A DNA stretch of 41,583 nucleotides from Octopus sinensis (taxonomy: Eukaryota). The notes under the pieces are model-generated. The model did no database searches. It worked only from the letters and a program-made list of their open reading frames with translations, and was not told where the DNA came from. This document shows, one piece after another, positions 10,456 through 21,289 of this stretch. The stretch is taken from positions 1-41,583 of the forward strand of contig NW_021835230.1 of NCBI RefSeq assembly GCF_006345805.1. Direction: 5' to 3'. The number at the start of each line of letters is the position of its first letter. Within the stretch, counting starts at the first letter, position 1. A program made the translations under genes and the position numbers.

Positions 10456-10908
10456 ATATATATATATATATATATAATTTGAATCCAGGACGTGAAAACG
10501 GGCGAAATGCCGCTAAGCATTTTTTCGACGCGCTAACGACTTTAACGGCATCATCATCATCATCAGCAGCAGCAGCAGCAATAACTTCAACACAACAAGA
10601 AGAATAACTAATATCGATACATAATGACAAAACAAACAATGAGAATAAATGGTAATGATGGTGGTGGTGGCGGCGGCGGGGTGGTGGTGGTAGTGGTGGT
10701 TGGTGGTGGTGGTGATGGGGAAGACTATCCAGCAGAGAGAAAAAGACTATAATTATGTATAAAAAATAAATAAAAAAGAAAGAAAAGAAATGTACAATAA
10801 AAAGCAACAACAAATAAAATATACAATGTATATATAACCTGAAAGAGCAGTCATTAAGAAGTAATATACAACGATACGAAGTATGATCTATGAAAGAAGT
10901 CAACTTAC

Positions 10909-11056
10909 TGGCATCGATGTAACTTCCGGTTGAGATGTAATGATAAGTCGAGCCGGTTGATAAGAGCTCCGAACTATCCACGTAAAGGAATTTCAATGTT
11001 AAAAAGCTCAGAACGATGTACGTTGGTAACATCCAGGGTATTTGACCGGTACCCAT
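10909..11056 (-). CDS. Candidate first coding exon of an unidentified secreted or membrane protein (exon 10909-11063)
   Basis: Acceptor ttttacattcgttattcag|G (11064-11066) and donor CCA|gtaagt (10903-10908). Only one frame is open to the donor: in-frame TGA, then ATG at 11056, giving MGTGQIPWMLPTYIVLSFLTLKFLYVDSSELLSTGSTYHYISTGSYIDA with a phase-1 intron. The hydrophobic N-terminus is signal-peptide-like. Sequence is unique and non-repetitive within the window. Confidence 0.55.
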
Positions 11057-11099
11057 GTTTCACCTGAATAACGAATGTAAAAGAGGAGTAATTGAATGG

Positions 11100-11424
11100 C
11101 AAATATATTTATTTATTTTAATGCCCCACAGGGGGCTAAACATAAAGGGGACAAAGAAGGACAGACAAAGGGATTTAAGTCGATTACCCCAGTGCGTAGC
11201 TGGTATTTATTTAATCGATACCGAAAGGATGAAAGGCAAAGTCGACCTCGGTGGGATTTGAACTCCGAACGTAACAGCAGACGAAGTACTTATTTCTTTA
11301 CTACCCACAAGGGGCTAAACACAGAAAGGACAAACAAGGACAGGCAAAGGAATTAATTCGATTATATCGATCCCATTGCGTAACTGGTACTTATTTAATC
11401 GACCCCGAAAGGATGAAAGGCAAA
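11100..11424 (-). mobile_element. Two tandem 5'-truncated SINE family B copies
   Basis: CCCACA.GGGGCTAAACA...CCGAAAGGATGAAAGGCAAAG occurs twice (~11100-11290, ~11291-11424). Confidence 0.9.
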
Positions 11425-11429
11425 GATGG

Positions 11430-11790
11430 TTATATATGAATATATGTAATATATATGCGAATATATGGATGACATGTATGTATGCATGTATGTATGTATG
11501 TATGTATGCATGTATGTATGTCATTGTGTATGTAAGTATGTATGTTAATGTATGTATGTATGGCATGCATGTAGCATGCAATGTATGCATGCATGCATGT
11601 ATGATTATTATGTATGTATGTATATGTATGTAGCATGCATGTATGTATGTATGTATGTATGCATGTATGTATGTATTAATCATGCATGCATCCATGTATG
11701 CATCATGTATTCAATGTATGTATTATGTATGTATGTATGTATGTATGTATGTATGTATGTATGTATTTTATATATGTAGGTATGTATGTT
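11430..11790. repeat. Degenerate (TATG)n/(CATG) microsatellite
   Basis: Direct inspection. Confidence 0.95.
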
Positions 11791-12192
11791 TTCTCCCCTT
11801 CGGATCAGCCGCTGGTGAAACCTCGAATCACTGCTAGACTTTTTCGCGCAACAAATAATAACCTACTTAAATGTATAATCCGCTTCCAGTAAATGTGTGA
11901 ATATACAATGGACCATACATCACTCATTTAATATATATATATAGTATAATATATATATATATATAGATATATATATATATATAATATATATTATATATTA
12001 TAATAATTATCAATTTTGTTTTACTCTATAACTCACGTGGTGGAATCGGGAGGAATGCAAGGCTCACTTGTACTGTTTTGAATTCGTTGGTACTGCTTCT
12101 ACGGCGTCGAAGATGGTTTGTCTGGATTCTCATATCAGACGGGTATGTTCGATTTTTAGGAGTTGCTCTCAAATCCCAAATTTAAGAAATCT

Positions 12193-12254
12193 TTGAGCTG
12201 ACGAGGGAAATGTTGATCTTTAAATTCAACTAATCTAGAAACGTACGTTCTCAA
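12193..12254 (+). ncRNA. Type-I hammerhead ribozyme-like motif with canonical core and extended stem II
   Basis: UUGAG CUGACGA G GGA aau GUUGA ucuuuaaau UCAAC uaa UCU A GAA ACGUACGU U CUCAA: 5-bp stem I, 8-nt palindromic stem III, GUU triplet. Confidence 0.7.
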
Positions 12255-12538
12255 GTATCTTATGTACATGTGATCTTTTGTATTTTTCCCTCCATACCTA
12301 CGTGAATTATTTTTTGAGTATACATTGTCTGGGGATTTTTTCTTATAGTAGAAGAAATAGGTAAGATTTTTTGGTTTTGGCTGCTATTTCTAAAAGTCAG
12401 TGTGTGGTAAAGTAAATTATTTTACTGACCCTAATTATATAACGTAATGTTTTATATATACCGTAAATGGTCTTCTTACATACTGAACACTACTTGGTAA
12501 ATAATTAATAATTAATTGATTTTACCCTTTTATTATTG

Positions 12539-12593
<55 letters not shown>

Positions 12594-12856
12594 AAATGAG
12601 AAAATAGATAAATATATATATATATCAATGAACAGCAAATACTACGGGAATACAAAATAGAAATCGATGAAGCAAAAGAAAGCCCCGAGCGAGCTGATAA
12701 GCAAAAGCCACAAAGCAACTGAATGTAAGTTGGAGAACGCTCGGACACAGACAGACAGCCAGACAGGCAAACAGACACACACACACACACACACACACCA
12801 CACACACACACACACATATAATAAATACACACACATATGCACAACCACCTACTCAC

Positions 12857-12899
12857 ACGTACGAAACTAATTCAATAAGATGCAAAAATGGCAATGCTT
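12857..12899 (-). other. Candidate 43-nt non-coding (5'UTR) exon
   Basis: Acceptor gcttattttgtttgcag| and donor CGT|gtgagtag. No ATG. If joined to the 11063 exon, no reading frame continues through it. Confidence 0.4.
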
Positions 12900-13128
12900 C
12901 TGCAAACAAAATAAGCAATTCGTCTTTATTTTAAAGTGATTCTAGCAGGCAGGGACTGGATGAAAGTAAAACATACACCATTGATGTATGTAAGACATTC
13001 TGGGATTAGAGAACAGAGGAATTGAATAAAAGAGTAGAATGGAAGAGAATGGAGGAGAATGCAATGAAGTAAAAGACGTCGTTATTGTAAATGAGCAGGA
13101 AAGGAAAAAAAGAAGAAATATGAGGAAT

Positions 13129-13130
<2 letters not shown>

Positions 13131-13185
<55 letters not shown>

Positions 13186-13192
13186 TAGATAG

Positions 13193-13239
<47 letters not shown>

Positions 13240-13240
13240 G

Positions 13241-13273
<33 letters not shown>

Positions 13274-13290
13274 GATAGGTCGATAGATAG

Positions 13291-13370
<80 letters not shown>

Positions 13371-13375
13371 AGATG

Positions 13376-13406
<31 letters not shown>

Positions 13407-13481
13407 GATAGATAGATATAGATATAAAGTGAGATACACAAATACATATACATTATTACATGCATATATATGTTACATATG

Positions 13482-13518
<37 letters not shown>

Positions 13519-13900
13519 TGTATATATATGAACACATATACATATATATTATATATAATCCATAATATATACATACATACACACACACACACATATTATA
13601 TAAATATAGATATATATATATTATATATATAACATACAAAACACACACACACCACATATATATATATATATAGACATACAGACATATATATATATAATAT
13701 ATATACATATGTACGTACGTACATATCTACTTACATATATGCAGACGCATACACACAAGCATGTATATATATATATATACATGCGTGCATGTGCTTGTGT
13801 GTATGCATGTCGTTATGTACATACGTATATATATGTATGTACATATGATATCTATATTATATATATATATACATACACATGTGTGTATACGCACACATAT
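13131..13900. repeat. Large compound (TA)n/(GATA)n/(CA)n microsatellite block
   Basis: Direct inspection; source of the YLSI/YIYI ORFs. Confidence 0.97.
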
Positions 13901-14084
13901 TGGGAATGATTATTATTATACATGATTATGATATACATTTGCTCTGTATATCATGACCCATAATACCACAAAATACAGTAGTAACCATAGCAATTTACCG
14001 GAAGTAGACTAAATCATAATAATCTACAATGAACTCTAAACTCACCAGTAGCTGTTGTATGTCTAACTTTACATAAAAGAAATT

Positions 14085-14320
14085 CTATCCATCCAGCCAT
14101 CTATATTCGCCCGTTATTCCTTAGCGCGTTATGGGGATTGAAACATCAGACAGCTCCTTCATAGGGTCCTATCAGGGGTATACGTCATTAGACTTCCGGT
14201 TGGATTCTCAAGCGTGATGAACTGGGACTATGGTGGATATGATCTGACCATCTGGTTTTTTGGTCAACCGCTAAGTCTCCTGCCGGTTGGTTTGGCTCGA
14301 AGAATCCGCCCTGCTAAGTG
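14085..14320 (-). mobile_element. Decayed RTE-clade LINE 3' end with (GGAT)n-like tail
   Basis: Across frameshifts: RILRAKPTGRRLSG*/PKTRWSDHIH/RLRIQPE/LMTYTPDRTL*RSCL, resembling the RTE C-terminus (GRR.RGRP.TRW.D). The tail GATGGCTGGATGGATAG is at 14085-14101. Confidence 0.7.
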
Positions 14321-14479
14321 GAAACCGTCCGACGTGGATGCTGGACTGTAGTGGAAGTGTGTATTGTCACATGTCTTTTTCATAATTCATTTAAACTGAA
14401 TTGACATGCGCAGTTGTTGTGTCACAATCTTTGAGAAAACTATTGGTCGGGTATTATTTGCAGATGGTACTTGGCTCAT

Positions 14480-14835
14480 CATTTTAGACGAGCGAATGGA
14501 CTCCAGTACTTATTTTTTTTAAAGCCTGGTACTTATATCAGTCTCTTTTGCCGAACCGTTTAGTTACGGTGACATAAACACGCCGACACCGGTTGTCAAG
14601 CCGGGGTGGGGGACATACACAAGCTCAAAGATACACATACACATACGCACGTACGCACGCACGCATACATACACATATACACAACACACACATCTATACA
14701 GCGGTTTTCTGTCAGTTTCCGTCTACCAAATTCATTCACATGGCTGTGGTCGACCCGAGGCTATAGTAGAAACCACTTGCCCAAGGTGCCACGCAATAGG
14801 ACCGAACCCGGAACCAAGTGGTTGAGAAGCAAGCA
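14480..14835 (-). mobile_element. SINE family A variant, 5' head truncated
   Basis: Body motifs CGGTTGTCAAG, CAGTTTCCGTCTACCAAA and CCCAAGGTGCCACGCA. Confidence 0.85.
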
Positions 14836-15391
14836 CATACTTGCAGATCAGCGGGCGTTGCCCATGCTGAAAAGATAACTATAAATGAACCAGTATTTTT
14901 CTGAATGAAAACATTTAGTTTAATAAAACACTATTGAATTTATCTTGAAAAATTATCTTTTTATGTAAGAAATTTTCCACTCAGTTTATATCTTTATAAA
15001 TTTCAAGTGCCATATAATACGCTTTCAGTATTAATACAATATTTTGTAATTTATATTGTGTGAATACTATACATCTAATTCAAGTATATTTAAAAGAATT
15101 AAGTAAATGTGAAGACAAGATTTATTTCATTTTAAAATTATAATTGAACATTCTTGAAATTCTTTGATTCGTAAAACAGTTTGAGCATGAGTAGAAACTG
15201 AACGTATAGAGAGGCAAATAAGCAACATTAATCATAATCGTTCTTAAAAGGGGTGGGGTGTGGGTACGTGGCTTGGTGGTCAGGGTGTTGCATACAAAAT
15301 CGTGTCTTCGATTCCTGGCTCAGGTGGTGCATTGTGTACTTGAGCAAAATCAAATTCGGCAAATGTAATTTTAGGAGCATCTATTTACTGA

Positions 15392-15601
15392 GTAAAGTAT
15401 ACTAGCCATCTCAATATGGCTAACCACTAGGGGTGGGTGTTACTGTAGCTTTTTAGCCCCAGGGGATCATCGTCTCCCGGTGGCTTTAGACACAATTTCT
15501 GTGCCAAAGCCAGCTGGAGACGATGATCTCCTGGGGCTAAAAAGCTACAGTAACACCCACCCCTAGTGGTTAGCCATATTGAGATGGCTAGTATACTTTA
15601 C
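15392..15601. mobile_element. 210-bp fold-back / MITE-like element (two ~100-bp inverted arms)
   Basis: GTAAAGTATACTAGCCATCTCAATATGGCTAACCACTAGGGGTGGGTG... and its reverse complement ending at 15601. Mismatches occur only in the inner part of the arms, around an ATTTC loop (15495-15499). No TSD evident. Confidence 0.8.
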
Positions 15602-15997
15602 GTTGTCGAGCGCTTGCTGTTTACATCTCGCTCAGAAATTTATTATTATTTACTGAGTATCCTTCTTGAAATTAACCACGAACAAAATAGGATCCTCAAA
15701 ATACAATCCAGAATCTACCAGTTCTTCCTTTTCGGAATATTTAGGCTTATTTATTATTTATTGAAATGGTAAAAGTTAGGTGTATTAGAAACTGCAATAT
15801 TCAAAATCTTAAGTACATATATGTTTGTCGGGGTAGACTTTTTGGTGTAATTGCAACCGTTTTTAGTGCACTTAGTGTTAGCAATCTTGAATGCATGTGA
15901 CATACGCTTCCAACAATTTGTCTTCTGCTGTTGCATGGCCGCGGTTCATATAAGTTATGCAGCTGCATTATCGGAGATCGGTGACTTAGCGTCGGTT

Positions 15998-16307
15998 TTG
16001 GCTACCTGTGCAGTAGAAAGTTGCCCTGCCTATGCGGTAGCGAAATCGCCCACCCCATGCAGTAGCGAAACTGAATACTTCATACGGTAGCGAAATTGAC
16101 TACCTTGTGCAGAAACGAAATTGACTACCTGTGCAGTGGCGAATTTGACTGTCCTGTTCAGTGGCGAAATTGGCCGTCTTGTGCAGTAGCGAAACTGGTT
16201 GCCTTATTCAGCCGCGAAATTGGCCGTCGTGTGATGCAGCAAAATTGGTCGCTCCATGCGGTAGAGAAATTGGAAACCCTGTGTACTAGTGAAATTGGCT
16301 GGCACTT
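15998..16307 (+). repeat. Minisatellite, about 12 units of 24-25 bp (consensus ~GCAGTAGCGAAATTGGCTACCYTGT)
   Basis: Units start at 16010, 16034, 16059, 16084, 16109, 16133, 16158, 16183, 16208, 16233, 16258 and 16283. Confidence 0.9.
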
Positions 16308-16537
16308 CTTTAAAAGAAACATGCCTTCAACATGTAGCAAACTCATGTACCATATTTGATGGCATAAAAGACATTTGCACGTCTTAGAGGGCCCCAATTT
16401 CAGTAACGCATACTCAGGAAAAAGTCTGTACTGCATTAAATAAAGCAAGTGATATTTAAAGCAACTTGGCATATAGGACCAAGGGTGGTTTTTAAACGAC
16501 ATTTTCTTTGAAAAAAGAATAACTGTGCGTCTTACAT

Positions 16538-16720
16538 ATATATTTCTTTACTGCCCACAAGGGGCTAAACATAGAGGGGACACACAAGGACAGACAAAGG
16601 GATTAAGTCGATTACATCGACCCCAGTACGAAACTGATACTTAATTTATCGACCCCGAAAGGATGAAAGGCAAAGTCGACCTCGGCGGAATTTGAACTGA
16701 GAACGTAACGACAGACGAAA
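16538..16720 (-). mobile_element. 5'-truncated SINE family B with perfect 13-bp TSD
   Basis: GTGCGTCTTACAT at 16525-16537 and 16721-16733; the body matches 4764-4994. Confidence 0.92.
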
Positions 16721-17459
16721 GTGCGTCTTACATGTAATCAAATACATGTTTATAAATTGGTCGCCCTGTGCAGCACACATACCCCTCACACCCATTGCCA
16801 ACTAACTGTTGAAGACATTTTATTTTGCTCAGGTCTGTGTGATTGTACACCTGATGTTTCCAAGCAATTTTTTTTTTTAATGTCAGATAACAAACACTTT
16901 ATTACTGAATCCTAACAATGCTTATTGATTTATAAGAATGACTATTTCTTGAAAATGCCAGCAACAGCTGCAAGTTGGAAGTTATTGACCCTAACGTTTT
17001 TTTTCACAGAGTTTGTTGTGTGCTCGCTAATGACGTTGTAAATTGAGGCACGTCTTCGATATCAACTTATTTGTTGTATGAACCACAGCGTTTATGACAG
17101 CTGGAGTCATGACACCATTACTATCAGAAGTAAATCCCTCTCTAAACTTATAATAAAGTTTTGGCAATATAACCAGTCAGCTGATCGACCCACCCCACCC
17201 CATCCAACCCCACCCCACCCAAAAGATTGATGCGGATTTAAAGACAGTATCTTTTATCTTTTATCATTTATTCGTTTCAGTCATTGAACTGCGACCATGC
17301 TGGAGCACTGCCTCGAAGGACTTAGTCGAACAAATCGATCCCAGTAAATATTTTCTTCTGAACTTATATTCAATATACCGATTTCTTGTTTCTTCGACGA
17401 AAAGCGGTGCTCCAGCATAGCCGCAGTCAAATGACTGAAACAAAAATATATAGATATGT

Positions 17460-17620
17460 GTGCATCACGAGCATACCTAGTGAGAGTAGCTGTCTGTATC
17501 ACCGAGAGTAAAGCCGTTACAAACGATGATAGATCTAAGACAGTTCCCTGTGGGACTCCACTCAAAATTTCAAGAGGACGATGTTCGCACGGTAGCGAAG
17601 TGGAGTATTGACTTGCTACT
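17460..17620 (-). mobile_element. Decayed CR1-like RT fragment
   Basis: EILSGVPQGTVLDLSSFVTALLSVIQTATLTRYARDA corresponds to decayed GVPQG and YADD motifs. Confidence 0.65.
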
Positions 17621-17740
17621 GAGACAAAACCTTTTTCAATTAATTGTTACAGGTAGCCATTCCTTCCCTCCGTTGCTGTTTCTAATGCTGAGTTTACTTT
17701 TCAAAACTAGTCTCACTGTATGCAAATATGGATGTATGTA

Positions 17741-18153
17741 TACACTTTACTCTTTTACTTGTTTCAGTCATTTGACTGCGACCATGCTGGAGCACCGCCT
17801 TTAGTCGAGCAAATCGACCCCGGGACTTATTCTTTGGAAGCCTAGTACTTAGTCTATCGGTCTCTTTTGCCGAACCGCTGAGTTATGGGACGTAAACACA
17901 CCAGCATCAGTTGTCAAGCGATGTTGGGGGGACAAACACAGACACACAAACATATACACACACATACATATATTTACATATATACGACGGGCTTCTTTCA
18001 GTTTCCGTCTACCAAATCCACTCACAAGGCTTTGGTCGGCCCGAGGCTATAGTAGAAGACACTTGCCCAAGGTGCCACGCAGTGGTACTGAACCCGGAAC
18101 CATGTGGTTGGTAAGCAAGCTAAAGCTAATTACCACACAGCCGCTCCTGTGCC
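17741..18153 (-). mobile_element. Full-length SINE family A
   Basis: Matches the other family A copies end to end. Confidence 0.95.
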
Positions 18154-18267
18154 TATGTATATGTGTATGTATATATAAATGTGTGTGTGTGTGTATATAT
18201 ATAAATATACATACACACATATATATAGATATTTGTATATATACACATATATGCATACATACATATG

Positions 18268-18295
<28 letters not shown>

Positions 18296-18298
<3 letters not shown>

Positions 18299-18600
18299 TT
18301 ACATGCAGGCAGGATAATTTTGAAAAGTAAACTCAGCACTAGAAAATAATTGAATAGGTATAAATATATCTACGCCTATTGGTTTATTTCTAGTATTTAT
18401 ATTCTCAGTCATGAAATATAAATTCAGCATAGTAAAGTGGAAATTAAATGATCTGCGAAAAATAGAAAAAAGAACTAGGAAATTACTCAGCAACGTTACG
18501 AAGCTAATATTCACCATCCTAAGAATAATAAATACCACCTACTCAGGGAAGATTTGATGCAAAGAGAAAAGTACTATAAAATAACAACAGCGGGATAAGA
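18296..18600 (+). mobile_element. Decayed R4/Dong-like LINE RT C-terminal fragment
   Basis: IILKSKLSTRK / VMKYKFSIVKWKLNDLRKIEKRTRKLL / HHPK...QREKYYKITTAG resembles R4/Dong RT-thumb regions (W...L..ID.KTRKLL; HPK). Confidence 0.55.
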
Positions 18601-18636
18601 AAAATACACGGAAGGAAGGACAGGGAAATTGATTAG

Positions 18637-19051
18637 CTCTCTTTACTCTTTACTCTTCTACTTGTTTCAGTCATTTGACTGCGGCCATGCTGGAGCACCG
18701 CCTTTAGTCGAACAAATCGACCCCAGGACTTATTCTTTCTAAGCCCAGTACTTATTCTATCGGTCTCTTTTGCCGAACCGCTAAGTGACGGGGACGTAAA
18801 CACACCAGCATCGGTTGTGAAGCAATGCTAGGGGGACAAACACAGACACACAAACACACACATACATATATATATATATACATATATACGACAGGCTTCT
18901 TTCAGTTTCCGTCTACCAAATCCACTCACAAGGCATTGGTCGGCCCGGGGCTATAGCAGAAGACACCTGCCCAAGATGCCACGCAGTGGGACTGAACCCG
19001 CAACCATGTGGTTGGTTAGCAAGCTACTTACCACACAGCCACTCCTGCGCC
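18637..19051 (-). mobile_element. Full-length SINE family A
   Basis: Matches the other family A copies end to end. Confidence 0.95.
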
Positions 19052-19220
19052 TTTTTTAATGATCCTAAGAACCACGAAGACTATATAACAAAGATGAATG
19101 ACAAAACGATGGGTGTTCTACATCTTGTAAGATATGGAAATGCTAAATGGGAACAAACAAATTGATGAATATATGTGAGTATTTGTACGTCCATGTCTGT
19201 ATGTTCGTATATATGTATGT

Positions 19221-19587
19221 GTGTGGTTAGGGCAGCGGACTCGCGGTCGTAGGATCGCGGTTTCGATTCCCAGACCGGGCATTGTGAGTGTTTATTGAGC
19301 AAAAACACCTAAAGCTTCACAAGGCTCCTGCAGGGGGTGGTGGTGAACCCTGCTGTACTCTTTCACCACAACTTTCTCTCACTCTTTCTTCCTGTTTCTG
19401 TGTTGTACCTGTATTTCAAAGGGCCAGCCTTGTTACACTCTGTGTTACGCTGAATCTCCTCGAGAACTACGTTAAGGGTACACGTGTCTGTGGAATGCTC
19501 AGCCACTTGCACGTTAATTCCACGAGCAAGCTGTTCCGTTGATCGTATCAGCTGGGACCCTCATCGTCGTAACCGACGGAGTGCTCC
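19221..19587 (+). mobile_element. tRNA-derived SINE family C
   Basis: Head GTGTGGTTAGGGCAGCGGACTCGCGGTCGTAGGATCGCGGTTTCGATTCC has A/B-box-like motifs. The body CAACTTTCTCTCACTCTTTC.TCCTG is shared with 31165-31495 and 40316-40620. Confidence 0.85.
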
Positions 19588-19615
19588 TATATGTATGTGT
19601 GTATGTATGCGCATA

Positions 19616-19925
19616 TCCTTAAATCCTTAAAAATGTTTCAGCCCGAAAGCTGCGGCTATGCTGGGGCACCACCGTTGAATGAGCAACACTAGTATGTGAA
19701 ACCACCTCTGATACGTGGCACTTGATCAACAAGTGGGATTCGACGCCGCTGCCCGCATTTGTATTTCCTGTCGAGAAGTAGGTTCATCTGGAACCCCTGA
19801 CAAGAAGAGATCCAGTTTAGTTTTAAAGAAACCCACATCCACACCATGCAGGTCTCTCAGGCCTTTAGGAAGGATATTGAAGAGTTGTGGTCCAATAGTA
19901 TATTTAGTTACGAAAACATCCAACC
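19616..19925 (-). mobile_element. 5'-truncated CR1/L2-group LINE 3' end (second family)
   Basis: GPQLFNILPKGLRDLHGVDVGFFKTKLDLFLSGVPDEPT is an ORF2 C-terminus. The 3'UTR ends GGTGCCCCAGCATAGCCGCAGCTTTCGGGCTGAAACA, then (TTTAAGGA)2. Confidence 0.85.
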
Positions 19926-20516
19926 ATAATAATAATAATTTATAAGGAGAGCGCGAAACAGATGATTATATGGTAGACTCAGTGGAAAACTGATCGGATG
20001 GACGGACAAACGGTCCAATAGATTTTCCAATATCAATATTCTATAAGGTATATTTATCGGTAATTAAACGGTTATCGCTAAATTAGCACAATCACTAATT
20101 ACAGTATAGATTATGTTACAATATATTATATATATACAGCATCTGAACATGAAGGTTGTAATCGTGAATATCGGATATTTCTCTTCGCTATTCACGATGA
20201 TGATGATGATGATGAAGAGGAGGGGGCGGAGAAGGCGGAAGAGGAGGGTGGTGGAGGAAGAGGGGAGGAGGATAATTACATCGCATGATCTTGAAAAGGG
20301 AGTAAGTATTCGAGTGAAATGCAGACACAAGAGAGAAGTTGTGAAAGCTATTGTTCGTTAATAAATATACAGGTACACACATGAATACACACACACACAC
20401 ATACATACATATATTATATATGCACATGCACACATACGTATACATGTATATACATACATGCAAGCATTCATATATACATACATACATACATTCATATATA
20501 TATATTATATATATAT

Positions 20517-20566
<50 letters not shown>

Positions 20567-20582
20567 TACATGCATTGTATGC

Positions 20583-20616
<34 letters not shown>

Positions 20617-20671
20617 AAAGACAGCTGAAATCTACAAGTTTTTCATTCTCTTTGTTAATTTCTTCTTATTC

Positions 20672-20707
20672 CTTTCTGTTGAAGAGCGTAGGCTCGAAAC
20701 GTAAAAG
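20672..20707 (+). ncRNA. Minimal type-I hammerhead-like motif, A6U variant, in a pLTR-like fragment (~20640-20800)
   Basis: CUUU CUGUUGAA GAGC guag GCUC GAA ACGU A AAAG. Confidence 0.58.
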
Positions 20708-20828
20708 ACTTTTTCGTTTTCCCGAGCGTCAAGCTATTACACTTGCTTGTTACTCTTACAACCTATCTTCGTCTTTTGTGTTTCTATAAATTTCAACTAC
20801 ACACACACCACACACACACACAAACACC

Positions 20829-20879
<51 letters not shown>

Positions 20880-20890
20880 TATATATATAG

Positions 20891-20925
<35 letters not shown>

Positions 20926-20978
20926 CACTCCCACATATATATATATACATATGTATATATAAATATATATATGTGTAT

Positions 20979-21210
20979 AGTTAGTTAGTTAGTTAGTTAA
21001 TTATTTGGCTCAAAAAGCAAAAGTCAAGGCCATGTAGGGGGACATGGAGTTATGTACACGATGGTGTTCATGTAAAGAGTTCAGTCCACTTGTGGTCAAG
21101 GGAGACTTTGAACCGAGCGGTCGTCGGCATCTTTACTATCTCGTCTGGCAGCTTATTCCACGGATCCGCAACCCGGACGGAGAAAGCCCCTCTCCTTCGA
21201 TTGAGATGAA
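20979..21210 (-). mobile_element. Second 5'-truncated copy of the CR1-like LINE at 94-399
   Basis: HLNRRRGAFSVRVADPWNKLPDEIVKMPTTARFKVSLDHKW, the same 3'UTR and a (TAAC)n tail. Confidence 0.92.
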
Positions 21211-21289
21211 TATATATATATACACACACACACATAATTTGTGTGTATACATCAATGACTGATGCATCTGGACAGATCTTCACTGATGT

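Noticed and set aside
10415-10908. Remainder of the 213-aa ORF 10415-11056 as a single-exon protein
   Set aside because: After the strong donor at 10908 it runs through T-rich sequence, (CAC)n, (TA)n and a SINE tail, so it is read-through.
14839-14863. Helitron 3' terminus (GGGC-aac-GCCC hairpin then CAAG|T on minus)
   Set aside because: The hairpin is only 4 bp and the end deviates from CTRR; suggestive but insufficient to call.
15998-16307. CRISPR-like array
   Set aside because: These are head-to-tail diverged units without unique spacers, in a eukaryotic context with no cas genes.
16835-16870. hAT transposase motif (CDCTPDVSK)
   Set aside because: The match is only about 9 residues with no supporting flanking motifs.
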